DNA from: Octopus vulgaris
Lineage: Eukaryota
DNA: 64,000 nucleotides
NCBI GenBank assembly: GCA_951406725.2
Contig: OX597827.1
Location: 992,001-1,056,000 of the forward strand
Reading direction: 5' to 3'
Under the pieces are notes generated by a model that saw nothing but the letters and a program-made list of their open reading frames with translations, had not been told where the DNA came from and did no database searches. Position numbers and translations under genes: made by a program. Positions 14,134 through 26,450 of the stretch are shown in pieces. The stretch's first letter is position 1. Each line of letters starts with the position of its first letter.

Positions 14134-14518
14134 GGCGCTTGTGTGATTGTGTGGTTGCTTACTAACTACATGGTTCCGGGTTCAGTCTCACTGCGTGGCA
14201 CCTTGAGCAAGTGTTTTTTACTATAGCCTCGGGCCAACCAAAGCCTTGTGAGAGGATTTGGTTAACGGAAACTGAAAGAAGCCTGCCGTATATATATATT
14301 TATGTGTGTTTGTGTTTGTTCCACCCCGCCATTACTTGACAATCGATGCAGGTGTCTTTTTGTCCTCGCAACATAGCGGTTCAGTAAAAGAGTCCGATAG
14401 AATAGGTATGAAGCTTACAAACAATAAGTCCTGGGGTTGATTTCTTCTACTAAAACCCTTTAAGGCGGTGCTCCAGCATGGCTGCAGTCAAATTACTGAA
14501 ACCAGTAAAAGAATAAAA
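14134..14518 (+). mobile_element. SINE family A
   Basis: B-box-like CCGGGTTCAGTC, GGCACCTTGAGCAAGTGT, tail CAGCATGGCTGCAGTCAAAT. Confidence 0.85.
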
Positions 14519-15844
14519 TAATTTATGTATGTACATTTTTACACACGCACACGCAGGTATATACACACGCACACACATACATACACATACACACACACAT
14601 TTTTACTTCTGTCTTCATGCTGATACCACTTGCATTATTCACATTCGCTCATCCATTTTTCCAGTGGGTCGGTTGTTGTCTAGGAGTTCACTGATACATT
14701 CATACATATATACACGCATGTATATATACATATCTATACATACACACACACACACACACACACAGATATATATGTGTATATGTATATGTATATGTGTGTG
14801 TGTATATGTATATGTATATGTATATATATATATATGTGTGTGTGTATATGTGTGTGTTTGCGAGTGAAACCCTTCCCCCACCACCCCACCGCATCTCTCC
14901 AATCTTTCTCGACTTCTTCCACCTTATTTATTTATTTATTTATTTATTTTATTCTCCTGCTTCCTTAACTGATCTCTTAAATCTTTTGAATCTCCGGGAA
15001 AATAAATCAGGAAATAACAACAAAAATGCAAAACAAAAACAAAAAACAATTCAATAAAAGACAAAATAAAATACATGAAATATAACAGACATAAAAAGTT
15101 AAGGTACAGTTCCAGCCATTTCCATGTAGGTTCTCTTCAACATAAATTTCTTCTTCGATGCCATATTCTCCACCCCACCCCCGCTCTTTCTCCCCTCCAT
15201 CCCCATTCTCTTGCCACTGCCAAATTGTCATGGAATATGGAAAATATTTCCCAATTCTTCATTCAAATCATTCGGAAACTCGCATCCGCCTGAATCGATA
15301 GGAAGATGATAATGCTTTTGTTGCTGTTGTTGGCGGGGGTAATGGTGGTGGTGGTGGTGGTGGTGAGTGGTCCTTGGAGGGGGTTGTTGTTGTTGTTTTT
15401 GGTATTGGTGGTGGTAGTTGTATTGTGCTGGTGCTATTGTTGGAGATGTATCGTGAGGTTGGTTGATATTGTTGGTTTCGGTGTTGTGTTAATATTGTTG
15501 TTGTTGTTGTTGTTGTTTAGTTCCAGCTTAACCTTCATAGTACAGACCTATGATTAAACGTTTCCATCCGTGACCACCCCGCCATCAAAGATCTGATTTT
15601 TTCTTTAAATCTGATATACTCCTCCTATTTTAAGAGACAATCGTGTGTGATACGAGGTAGATTTCGCTGCTATTTTTGGAAGGTTTAGTGACCACATAGA
15701 GGCAGCCTTGTTGATCCAATATTGTCCTAACTGCTGTTACCGTTGCTGGTGGTGGTAGAATATGTGGAGGCAGTGGTAGTGGTGGTTGCGGTAGTGGTGT
15801 GGTGGTACTCATGGTGATGGTAGTGGTAGTGGTTTTGTTTGATT

Positions 15845-16142
15845 GTTCCTTCTCAAGCCACGCCTGGCTCATAGGGCCGGTTTCCCTGTATCCTTGGCGT
15901 ATAGGTTCTCCACCTGGTCGGGACGCCGGTCCGTCACAGGTGAGCTGTTAGATGCAGGAGGAAAGAGTGAGAGAAAGTTGTGGCGAAAGAGTCAGCAGAA
16001 GTTCGCCATTACCTTCTGCCGGAGCCACGTGGAGCTTAGGTGTTTCGCTCATAAACACACACATCGACCGGTCTGAGATTCGGACCCGCGATCCCTCGAC
16101 CACAAGTCCGCTGCTCTAACCACTAGGCCATGTGCCTCCACA
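15845..16142 (-). mobile_element. SINE family C (tRNA-Arg-like head)
   Basis: Reverse complement GTGGAGGCACATGGCCTAGTGGTTAGAGCAGCGGACT matches 48663 and 57638. Confidence 0.85.
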
Positions 16143-16832
16143 GTGGTTTTGTTTAGTCCCAGGTAATTCCTGATCGAACAGGCTCATTAACGAAAACCTT
16201 CCAATCAAGACCCTCACATCTTTCGAGACTGTTTTATCCAAAGCTAAGTCATACCAGCGTGGACAACGGACGTTAAATGATGATAATGAAGAAAAATGGC
16301 AGCACACGTAACCATTTCCAGAGGCAAACCCATCCCTAACCTTCCTCCCACCCGAATCTTGTTGAGAAAAGGAAGAAGTTCAGGCTAAAAATCCTCAAAG
16401 TGAAGATCTAACTTGATAGTTTGCAACAGAATAAACTCTGAATTAGGTACCCAAGGACCTGGTAAAGATATCAAACAGGGTACCGAATTACATCTACCAC
16501 ATAAAAACATGCATTTCATATGATGGGATCCACAGTATTTCTGTCGACCCAATTTTTTTCATAAGAACAAAGGGGTTCCAAGTTGGGTCCTACTCTATGG
16601 CAACGAACCCAGAATAACGAGCTTAAGAAGCAGAAATCTTAAGTTTACAATCATCAGTTTTGTTGTTCATATTATTTAGCACTGATCCTGAAAATATGTG
16701 GCTAAGTGGCGTTCCAGATATGGCTACCTCATCCTATTCTCTGGCATTGTGCATCTAGGATTAGAGTATCTAATTTAAGGGCATTATTCCATGTAAACGT
16801 GTAATTCAAGATACATTTAGCTACTATTTTTT

Positions 16833-17065
16833 ATTTCTTTACTGCCCACAAGGAGCTACACACAGAGGGGACAAACAAGGACATACAAAGGGATTAAGTC
16901 GATTTCATCGACCCCGGTGCGTAACTGGTACTTAATTTATCGACCCCGAAAGAATGAAAGGCAAAGTCGACCTCGGCGGAATTTGAACTCAGAACATAAA
17001 GACCGACGAAATACTGCTAAGCATTTTGACCGGCGTGCTAACGTTTCTGCCAGCTCGCCGCCTTA
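16833..17065 (-). mobile_element. SINE family B
   Basis: Reverse complement AAGGCGGCGAGCTGGCAGAAACGTTAGCACGCCGG; collinear with 61756-61982. Confidence 0.88.
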
Positions 17066-17529
17066 AGCTACAATTTCTTTCAGGCCAAACGACCAGCAAG
17101 AAGCTCCCCCTCTCCCTCTATCATTGTTGTTGTTTATACGATGAGGATATGTATATCAAGGAGTACATCTTCCTTTGTGAGTGATTTTACCATTATTTCT
17201 AGCACGACTCCTTAGAAGACAACTTTGTCGGCTTGTTATTGTTGTTGTTACTGTTGTTTGCATTGTCGTGGTGTTGTGATTTATACTGACGGTGATGATG
17301 ACAACGATGCTGGTTTGTAGTGGTGGTGGCGTGAGGGTAATGCTGCTGGTGATGGTGGTTGTGGTGGCAGTAGTGATGATGATGATGCTGTTGCTGTTGC
17401 TGTTGAGCGAACGGTCTTCGTCCCAGAGCTCACAAGATGGGAGAAGTTCGAAATGTGGTCCTTTGCTATTCGTAAGACCTGCAGAGGAGAAAGCAGGTCA
17501 ACCCCCGACACCGAGAGCACCGACGGATG

Positions 17530-17765
17530 AATGCGCATCCATGCTCAGCGGTTGCGTAGGAAGTCGGGGACAAGAAACAGGAAGAAAGAGTGAGAGAAAG
17601 TTGGAGCGAAAGAGTACAACAGGGGTCGCCACCACCCCCTACCGGAGCATCGTGGAGCTTTAGGTGTTTTCGCTCAATAAACACACAGCGCCCGGTCTGG
17701 GAATCGAAACCGAGATCCTCCGACCGCAAGTCCTTTCCCTAACCACTGAACCATTGCGCCTCCAC
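17530..17765 (-). mobile_element. SINE family C
   Basis: Same head and body as 57638-57950 in reverse orientation. Confidence 0.85.
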
Positions 17766-17974
17766 TTGATGATGATGATGATGATGATGATGATGACGAC
17801 GTTGACGATGGTGGTGATGATAGTGGTGGTGACGATGATGTTGATGACGACTATACTATGATGACAATGTAGGTAGTGATGACGACGATGATAATAATGC
17901 TGGTGGTCTTTTGTCCTTCGTTTTACTTTTCGTTGTCTTAATATATTTTTCCCTTTCTTCCAATACACTGACTC

Positions 17975-17998
17975 TCAATATTTCTCATTTACTTACAG
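17975..17998 (+). other. Putative splice acceptor of the large protocadherin exon
   Basis: TATTTCTCATTTACTTACAG|ATG at the transition from low-complexity to unique sequence; implies an upstream 5' UTR exon that I could not locate. Confidence 0.65.
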
Positions 17999-18281
17999 AT
18001 GTACACAGGATTGTGACATGACATGCCTTCCATAGCATGCAGTTAGACGCATGCGACACGGGACGGTCGTACACCACGTCAATTCTATGATGAAGCCAAA
18101 TGTGTGCGGAACATTCTTACGACATGTCGTAGCTATGATGAGACCCGACAAATGCGAAACTATTGCGTTATCTGCTTTTGTTATGATCTGTCCTGACGTG
18201 TGTAGGATCATAGTAAGTCATAGTGTTTTTATGACCTGGATAGAAGCGTGGAGGACGCTTGCTCGACATATCATAGCTGGG

Positions 18282-20699
18282 ATGCAGACTAACAGGATGT
18301 TATTTAAAATTTCTCTAATGCTGTATGTTATTCAAAGCTGCGCATGTGTGGACCTAGTCTACGTAGTTGAAGAAAACCAAATTCCAGGAACATATCTTGG
18401 AAATATTGCTGAAGATTCACACATTCTGAAGAAGTTATCTGTAAAAGACAGGAGCCAGGTTCGATTCAGTTTATTACAAGAAGCAAGTGAAAATTCATCA
18501 TTGTTTAATGTAACGGAGTTTAGTGGGAAACTCTATACGACCAGGGTATTGGATGCTGAAATTTTATGCGAACCGAATATAGAATGTTTCTTAATGCTCA
18601 ACATAGCAATCAAGCGAGGTCAATTATATATGGAAATATTGAAGGTCAAACTTGTTGTACTGGATATCAATGATTGCAGGCCTGAGTTCATTGTCAAAGA
18701 GATAAACATTAGCTTCTCTGAAGGAGATCGAAAAGGGACTCGTAAATCCATCCCCAGTGCAATCGACAGAGATATTAGTGCGCTAAACTCCAAGATTACC
18801 TATCATTTACGTAACGCTACTGACAAACCTTTCTCTCTCTCCATGGTAAATATTCAGAATGGAACAGATGAGATATATATAACTGTTAAAGAAAAACTTG
18901 ACAGGGAAACAATAGACACATATCATCTTGAGGTGGTCGCTGAAGATGGTGGCCGACCCCCAATTCTTTCGTATCTTCAGGTTCAAATTACAGTTACCGA
19001 TGAAAATGATAATACTCCTATTTTTCTCCCAGATGCTTATAATGTCTCAATCAATAGAGTTGTATTTCCTGGAGAATTAATTGTCAAACTATCAGCTTCT
19101 GATACCGACATAGGTAAAAATGGTCAGATTTCATATTATTTCACATCGCAGACTTCCACTAGAACGAAATATTACTTCACTTTAAACAGAACAACTGGCA
19201 TCATTTACCTAAGAAAGAAGTTGGTACCAAATAAAAGCATAGATTTTAAGTTATTCGTCAAAGCAGTGGACAGTGGTCAGCCTCACCTTAGTGCCTTTGC
19301 TGATGTGTTAGTTAATGTTGTAAACACAGAGAACCACGCGCCCCAAATATTGGTTAACTTGGGTTCTTCATCATCTAACACAGCAGTTATTTCAGAATCG
19401 ATCAAAGTAGGGAGTTTCATTGGTTATGTTGAAGTGATAGACAACGACAGCGGCTCCAACGGAGACGTAATCTGTACACTTCGTAATCAGAGATTTTACC
19501 TTCATAACCTCGGTAAGAAAAAATACAAAATAAAAGTTAAAAATCCAATCGACCGCGAATCCAAGGCCAGCCATAACATCACAATAGCTTGCAAGGACAA
19601 GGGTATGCCTCCTTTGTGGGTGAAGAGCAAGTTTTATATTCGAGTTATTGACGTAAACGATGTACCTCCAAGATTTTCCCAAAAATCTTTTAAATTTTGG
19701 ACCTATGAGAACCAGGACAGAAACTTTCCAGTTGGTTTTGTTAATGCTTCAGATCCAGACATGGGAGCCGGGGGTGAACTTTCTTACTCGTTGATGAATC
19801 TGAATGGAACTTTCTCGCCTTTTCAGATCACTAATTACGGGTACATTTCTACAAGAGTGCCACTGGATCGTGAACAGCAAGAAATCTATCATCTGCGTGT
19901 TTTCGTCAAGGACCACGGGGTACTTTCGCTAAACAATTCAGTTAGTGTCACTGTCAAAGTAATGGATGAAAACGACAATGTGCCCTGTTTTACCTTCCCA
20001 GATGTTAACCCCTTTCTTATGAATGTCCATTATCATCCACAGAATGGTAGAAACATCACAATTCTCAGAGCCATTGACAAAGACATCGGGAAGAACGCCT
20101 TCTTAACATATGAAATAACTGAAGGAAATACACGAAAACTATTCATACTAAATCGTAAAAATGGTCAATTATCTTTTAATCGAGTTCCTTTCGAAAAGGA
20201 TGCTGGGATACATAACCTACATATTAGAGTCAGAGACAGTGGAATTCCTGTGTTACATGCGGTGACAAACCTATCGTTAATATTATCAATTGGCAACGCT
20301 GCATCCAAAACATTAACAGCGGTGCAAATCGGTACAACTGTCAGGATTCATAAAAATCTGTTTATCGTCATAATCTTGGTGGTTATGATTGCTTCGGTTT
20401 GTGTAGTGGTGTTGATCACAACATGTCTGATACGCAGAAATGACCGTGGGAGAAATTCACGCGTTGACAAAGCAACTGCGAGAAACAGACGTCGAGAAGG
20501 AAAATGCTTGAAATGCTTGCCTATGACAGCTGTATCACAAATCGACATAACTCTGCCTGAGGTGACCAACAACCGCAATACATGGAGTGTACAACTTACT
20601 GAATCTTGCGTTGATCTCGACACCGAAAACGAAACAGACAACAACGACTGTGATTCACATCCATTACATGTCCAGGCATCAGTTCCAGCAATGCAACAC
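18282..20699 (+). CDS. Protocadherin (cephalopod-expanded type), large ectodomain+TM exon; 3' partial
   Basis: Signal peptide MLFKISLMLYVIQSCAC (ATG 18282 or 18297). Six cadherin repeats with linkers DINDCRPEF, DENDNTPIF, NTENHAPQI, DVNDVPPRF, DENDNVPCF; LDAE/LDRE/IDRE motifs; EC1 C-X5-C (CEPNIEC); TM LFIVIILVVMIASVCVVVLITTCLI. A canonical donor CAC|GTAAGT at 20699/20700 (phase 0) lies just before the ORF stop. Confidence 0.96.
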
Positions 20700-20802
20700 G
20701 TAAGTTGAAACATTTATCTTATCTGTATGCATAAAAGACGACACAGGAGAGATAAGTTTTTAAAAATATCGTATCAATTTAACGTTCAAAAGGAAGGTAG
20801 AA

Positions 20803-20838
20803 TCTTGACGTTTCGGCCGTTCGTCCTTCATCAGAAAA
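20803..20838 (-). ncRNA. Minimal type I hammerhead ribozyme motif (Penelope-type)
   Basis: Minus strand TTTT-CTGATGA-A-GGAC GAAC GGCC-GAAAC-GTC-AAGA. Core is canonical; one mismatch in stem II. Confidence 0.7.
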
Positions 20839-21231
20839 AGGAAAAGAATGAGGAAAGGTAGTGTAAAAATAAAAGGAATGAGAAAATGGGGTTGGAGAAA
20901 ATATGTATATATGAATATATGCATGTTTGTTTGTATGAATACATGTATGTGTATGTATACATGTTTGTGTGTAAGAAAGTATGCCTGTTTGTGTGCGTAT
21001 AAGTATGTAAACATGGATGTTTATGTGTATATAAGTATGTATGCGTGCTCGTATTTCGAGTGCAGAACTTTATGTCGAGTACAGACCTACATAACTGATT
21101 ACACTTCTGGCTCTTGTAGTTATAAACTGCAGCACAGTAAAATTTAAAAGAAATGACAGTGAATTTGGTACCAAAATAAAACTGACATTATCACTTTGGA
21201 ATATTCTCTTTGAAATATTTATAAAATCGGA

Positions 21232-21616
21232 GGCGCACGTATAGCTATGTGGTATAGAAGCTCAAATTGCAAGCACATGATTTCAGGTTTAGTCCCACTG
21301 CGTGTTACATTGGGAGACTGTCTTCTACTATAACCTCCAACCAATCTATATCTTGTGAGTGAATTTATTAGACGGAAACAGTGTGGCGGTCCGTTGTATA
21401 CATGTGTGCGTGCTTTTTGTGTTTGGTCCCACCACCGCTTAACAACTGGTGTTGGTTTGCTTGTGTGACCTTAATTTAGCGACTCGACAAAAAAGACCAA
21501 TAGAATAAGTACTAGAAATCAAAACTAAGAATTACTTGGGTCGTTTTGCTGTACTACAATCTTCTGGGAGGTACCATAGCATGGCCGCAGTTCAATGAAT
21601 GAAATAAGTAAAAGAG
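21232..21616 (+). mobile_element. SINE family A (diverged)
   Basis: Collinear with other family A copies: AGTCCCACTGCGTG ... CATGGCCGCAGTTCAATGA. Confidence 0.78.
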
Positions 21617-21893
21617 ATTCGGTTCGCATTCAGTTACCGGATCACTGTGAATCTTAACTGCAGTGATACTATCAACCATGAATGAGCAATAAAATCAAAT
21701 GCCTTTCCGTAATCAAGTGATACTGTTACCAGGTTTCTGTAGTGTGTCCTTCAGACAATACAGTTTTACTTATCAACAGTCGTTCAGCACATCTCCATAC
21801 TTCCCTCTCTCCACCTGTCTGCTCGGTCATTATATGGCTGAATCGCAACAGTCCTCGAAGAATTGGTTGAGACAACTTGTGTGAATTTGTACG

Positions 21894-22555
21894 GGCGTGA
21901 CAGTGTGGTAAGAAGTTTGCTTCCCAACCACATGGTTCCGGGTTCAGTCCCACTGCGTGGCACCTTGGGCAAATGTCTTCTACCATAGCTTCGGACCGAT
22001 CAAAGCCTTGTGAGTGGATTTGGCAGACGGAAACTGAAAAGAAGTCGGCCGTGGCGAGCTGGCAGAAACGTTAGCACGCCGGGCGAAATGCGTAGCTGTA
22101 TTTCGCCTGCCGTTACGTTCTGAGTTCAAATTCTGCCGAGGTCGACTTTACCTTTCACCCTTTCGGGGTCGATAAATTAAGTACCAGTTACTTATGTAAT
22201 CGACTTAATCCGTTTGTCTGTCCTTGTTTGTCCCCTCTGTATTTAGCCCCTTGTGGGTAGTAAAGAGTTATATACACACATATACATATACACACACACG
22301 TGCACACACACATACATATATATGTATATATACATATATATGTGTGTGTGTGTTAATTTCCCCCACCCCCCGCCATCGCTTGACAACTGATGTTGGTGTG
22401 TTTACGTTTCCGTAACTTAGTAGTTCGGCAAAGAGACCGATAGAATCAGTGCTCAGCTTACAAAGAATAGGTCCTGGGGTCAATTTCTTCGACTAAAAAA
22501 CTCAAGGTAGTGCTCCAGTATGGTCTCAGTCAAATAACTGAAGCAAGTAAGAAAA
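21894..22555 (+). mobile_element. SINE family A with nested SINE family B (22053-22266)
   Basis: Family A head breaks at ~22050, GGCGAGCTGGCAGAAACG...GTGGGTAGTAAAGA is inserted, and the family A body resumes at ~22270. Confidence 0.85.
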
Positions 22556-23866
22556 TGAAGGAATAATGTTTCGGCGAGCAATAGGTCGATAATTATCTGC
22601 TAAATCTGTGTTTTTCATTCTGGGCTGCGAAATCTGTCTGTACTTTAGCAAACCATTTTGGTTTGTGAATCTTGCCTTCCATTATTCATTGAAGTACACA
22701 AATTTGTCATCTTTAGACCATACTCAATGTATATACTTCGCTGACAGGCCAGTTACTACGGTTCTTGCCCAAGGACGTGACTGGTTGTGAGTACACGCCA
22801 TCAAAAAGGCCGAGAGGAAAAACCCCGAAATACATCTCACGTTATTGCTGGCCTCTGCTAAAATGATATTTTTCGTCTCCTTCCGATGTGTATTGCCTCT
22901 TTAACATAGCGAATTCATGAGAAATGTTATTTCAGGACAAATACTGCAGTAACTGGCCTTTCGACAGTGTATATACGTTAAATATTATACATGGATGGCT
23001 ATCTCTGGTTTGATACTACCTTAGTTGCTTATACCGGAAATATTAATATTCTGGAGACGGTCAACTTCCTCTACCAATATCCAAGTATTAAGTCTCTTCC
23101 TTGTCCTACTAAGCACCTTTCTCAAAGCTTTAATGAAAGATTCAAAGTCGATTGTATGAATTATAAAGTCGATATTGTGACGGTATTTTTGTTTAGTTTT
23201 TATATAGCCATGATTCATCCCGATTAAAATCTTTCCTTATATTTCAAATCTTAAACCATTAACTAAGCTATTGCTTTTCTTCGTCCTTATCACTTATAAC
23301 TTGGGGATTTAAAGCTCTGTCGAATGAGTCTTATATAAAGATATATGAGAGTTATGTGATGGTGATGACGGCTGCGTCGGTTTGTCTACATTTTATCAGT
23401 TTCTTTTATCGCTGTACTTTTTTTTGTGGTTGGTTTTAAGCATCTTCAGAAAGTCACCCAGCATCACAGGAACTGGAATAACGATTGCTATCGGATTGTG
23501 ACAGCTGCTTTTCAGGCGTTTGGTGATACTTCTTGCAGAAACAGTTTTCCTGTGAAGTGGCTTCAGTTTGGGTGAATTTCGTCTTAATTTTAATCACATC
23601 CTGGAGCCGACAAAAAGCTGTTCACGGGGTATTTTAGGGCATTTGGGGTGGATCTCGTCTTACTTTTGCAGACCAAATGAAGTGTGAATACTTACATCGT
23701 CTTAACTCACAGAAATGATAGCAATATTGGAAACGGTATCGGTTGGGGATGTTGTTATCAATGGCAGCCATGAAATCTCATTCGGTGAAAAATACATCTG
23801 TTTTCAATCCTCTTCGCCCACACCTCTGTTGGCGTCAAGACATACGCGTGCGCGCGTATAATTGTG

Positions 23867-23912
<46 letters not shown>

Positions 23913-24475
23913 CTTTCATCTTTATCTTTTACTGTTTCAGTCATTTGAGTGCGGCCATGCTAGGGTCTTGAAGGGCTTTTAGTCGACTGATTCTTTTTAA
24001 AAGCCAGGTACTTATTCTATCGATTACTTGTGCTGCACCGCTAAGTTACATTGACGTAAACACAGCAACACCGGTTGTCAAGCGGAAGTAGAGGACAAAC
24101 ACAGACACAAAGACACAAAGACACATACACACATAGGTATACACACACATACATATATGCCATATCGGCCGAAGTAATGAACGCATGAACATGATCTTCC
24201 CGATGTCCATGAATACTACGGACTCTACTGTAATCATTCCAGGAATATGGACTATGATCTTAAGAAACACGAGACCTGTGCAACAAAATATTTATAAATT
24301 CCACCCCAGGATTATTAGTGTTACTATTATATGTATCCTACATTATATCGGCACAGCTCGTGGCCACCCCCAAAGACTGGTATTGCCAATTGGCATCATT
24401 AGGCTGTAACCGGCATAATAGAATAAGAACTCTTAAATGCATATTCAAAATGTTTCCCGTAAACGAACTTAAAGG

Positions 24476-24570
<95 letters not shown>

Positions 24571-24605
24571 TGTATGTATGTATATGTATGTATGTGTGTG
24601 TGTAT

Positions 24606-24821
24606 TCTTTTATTCTTCTACTTGTTTCAGTCATTGACTGTGGCCATGCTGGAGCATCGCTTTTAGTTTAACAAATCGACTCCAGGACTTATTCTTTGTA
24701 AGCCTAGTACTTATTCTATAGGTTTCTTTTGCCTAATCGCTAGTTTACGGGGATGTAAACACACCAAAATCGATGTCAAGTGATGGTGGGGGACAAACAC
24801 AGATACACAAATACATACATA

Positions 24822-24856
<35 letters not shown>

Positions 24857-24992
24857 GACGAGCTTCTTTCAGTTTCCGTCTACCAAAACCACTCACAAGA
24901 CTTTGGTCAGCCCGGGGCTATAGTAGCCCAAGGTGCCACGCAATCAGACTGGACCCTGAGCCATGTGGTTGGGAAGCAAGCTTCTTACCACA
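24606..24992 (-). mobile_element. SINE family A
   Basis: Reverse copy of family A; another partial reverse copy lies at ~23915-24150. Confidence 0.83.
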
Positions 24993-25250
24993 CATCCATA
25001 TATACGACACAAGCCCCAGACCGTACCAACTACGAAGCTACAGGAACTTCGAAGCCACAGGAAAAGAAAAAGAAGAAATGAAGCAACGAGAGAGAAAGGC
25101 TTGACAGAATCAACCCCGCCCTCCGCCAACATTACCCTGCAGTCAATGCCATCGACTCTTCGATGCAAGAATTGGTCTATACAACGGAATCACTATAAAG
25201 GAAGCGTTAAGCAAAGAATAAACTAAGGCCGATGACGATGACAATGACAG

Positions 25251-25326
<76 letters not shown>

Positions 25327-25329
<3 letters not shown>

Positions 25330-25830
25330 AATTAGTAAATAAATGGCACAACTAAGAACCGATATTTACTGGAAATAGCGAACGTAAAAATACGACGCTA
25401 ATGTGTAGCTTCACCGCGTATGTATTAGCAAAAATGCGTGTGTGCAACAAATTAGAGAAAAAAAACCGTCTTACCTCCAGGGAGAACATCTGAAAGATGA
25501 AACACCCGGAAAAGGATAATGTGGTACCTGCAGGTTTCAGGTTTTACAAGATATGTCTCTCACCCATATTTTGTTTTACCTTCATCAGCCAAACATATAC
25601 CAAGACAAGATCTACGATGTTACCACATTAATACTAACACACTCGACTGAAATACGGAACGCTAACAGTACGAGAAACGGTGAAGAAGTTTCAAAATATC
25701 AGTAATGCAATACAAAGTATTGCCTTCCAGTAAAAAGTAGCCCGTGAGGGAAAAATACACAAATTAGTAAATAAATGGCACAACTAAGTACCGATATTTA
25801 CTGGAAATAACGAACGTAAAAATACGACGC
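25327..25830 (-). mobile_element. 432-bp unit with 72-bp terminal direct repeat carrying a hammerhead (retrozyme/Penelope pLTR-like)
   Basis: 25327-25398 is repeated at 25759-25830 with 2 mismatches; bounded by (TA)n and (CATA)n. Confidence 0.75.
25519..25596 (-). ncRNA. Type I hammerhead ribozyme, apparently intact
   Basis: ATGTTTGG-CTGATGA-AGGT(AAA)ACAA.ATATG-loop-CATAT.TTGT(AAA)ACCT-GAA-ACCTGCAGGT-A-CCACAT. All core nucleotides and three stems are present; cleavage triplet GUA. Confidence 0.85.
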
Positions 25831-25869
25831 ACATACATACATACATACATACATACATACATACATACA

Positions 25870-25929
<60 letters not shown>

Positions 25930-25941
25930 GACATACATATA

Positions 25942-26100
25942 CAGGCACGGTCCCAGGAACTTTTCGAAAGAAGGGCACAAGGTCAGAAAGGAATACAATT
26001 TCAGGAGAAAAGTGCGTAATAACATTATTTAGAAAGGCCCACTTCTTTTCTTGGGGGGTGCACATGCCCCTCAGTCACATCCTTCTTGGCTCCGCCCCTG
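25942..26100. mobile_element. Possible MITE (CAGG..CGG.CCCAGG / TTGGCTCCGCCCCTG termini)
   Basis: GC-rich imperfect terminal inverted repeats within microsatellite. Confidence 0.45.
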
Positions 26101-26104
26101 ATAT

Positions 26105-26153
<49 letters not shown>

Positions 26154-26179
26154 TGTACATACATACATACATACATACA

Positions 26180-26209
<30 letters not shown>

Positions 26210-26210
<1 letters not shown>

Positions 26211-26404
26211 CTTTCTTCCGGCCATTTCATCAATCATTAATCGTTACACATTTTTCTCTCTGTTCTTTTTCCCCTTAACTCTTTCTGCCGAAGAGCGCAG
26301 ACAAGAAACGGCAAAGACTTTTCCATTCTTCCCGAGCGTTAAACTAATACACCTGCTTGTTTTTCCTTCACCTATCTTCATCTTTTGTTTTATGGAAATT
26401 TGTA

Positions 26405-26405
<1 letters not shown>
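26210..26405 (+). mobile_element. Short Penelope-like terminal fragment with decayed hammerhead
   Basis: CTTTCTGCCGAAGAGCGCAGACAAGAAACGGCAAAG...CCCGAGCGTTAAACTAATAC; homologous to the 28396-28580 copy. Confidence 0.6.

Positions 26406-26450
<45 letters not shown>

Noticed and set aside
18051-20708. 885-aa ORF as the complete protein
   Set aside because: The signal peptide begins ~78-83 codons in, and a canonical GTAAGT donor precedes the stop, so the true CDS is probably shorter at the 5' end and spliced at the 3' end.
23340-23830. Possible THAP or transposase remnant
   Set aside because: No recognisable motif series could be assembled by eye.
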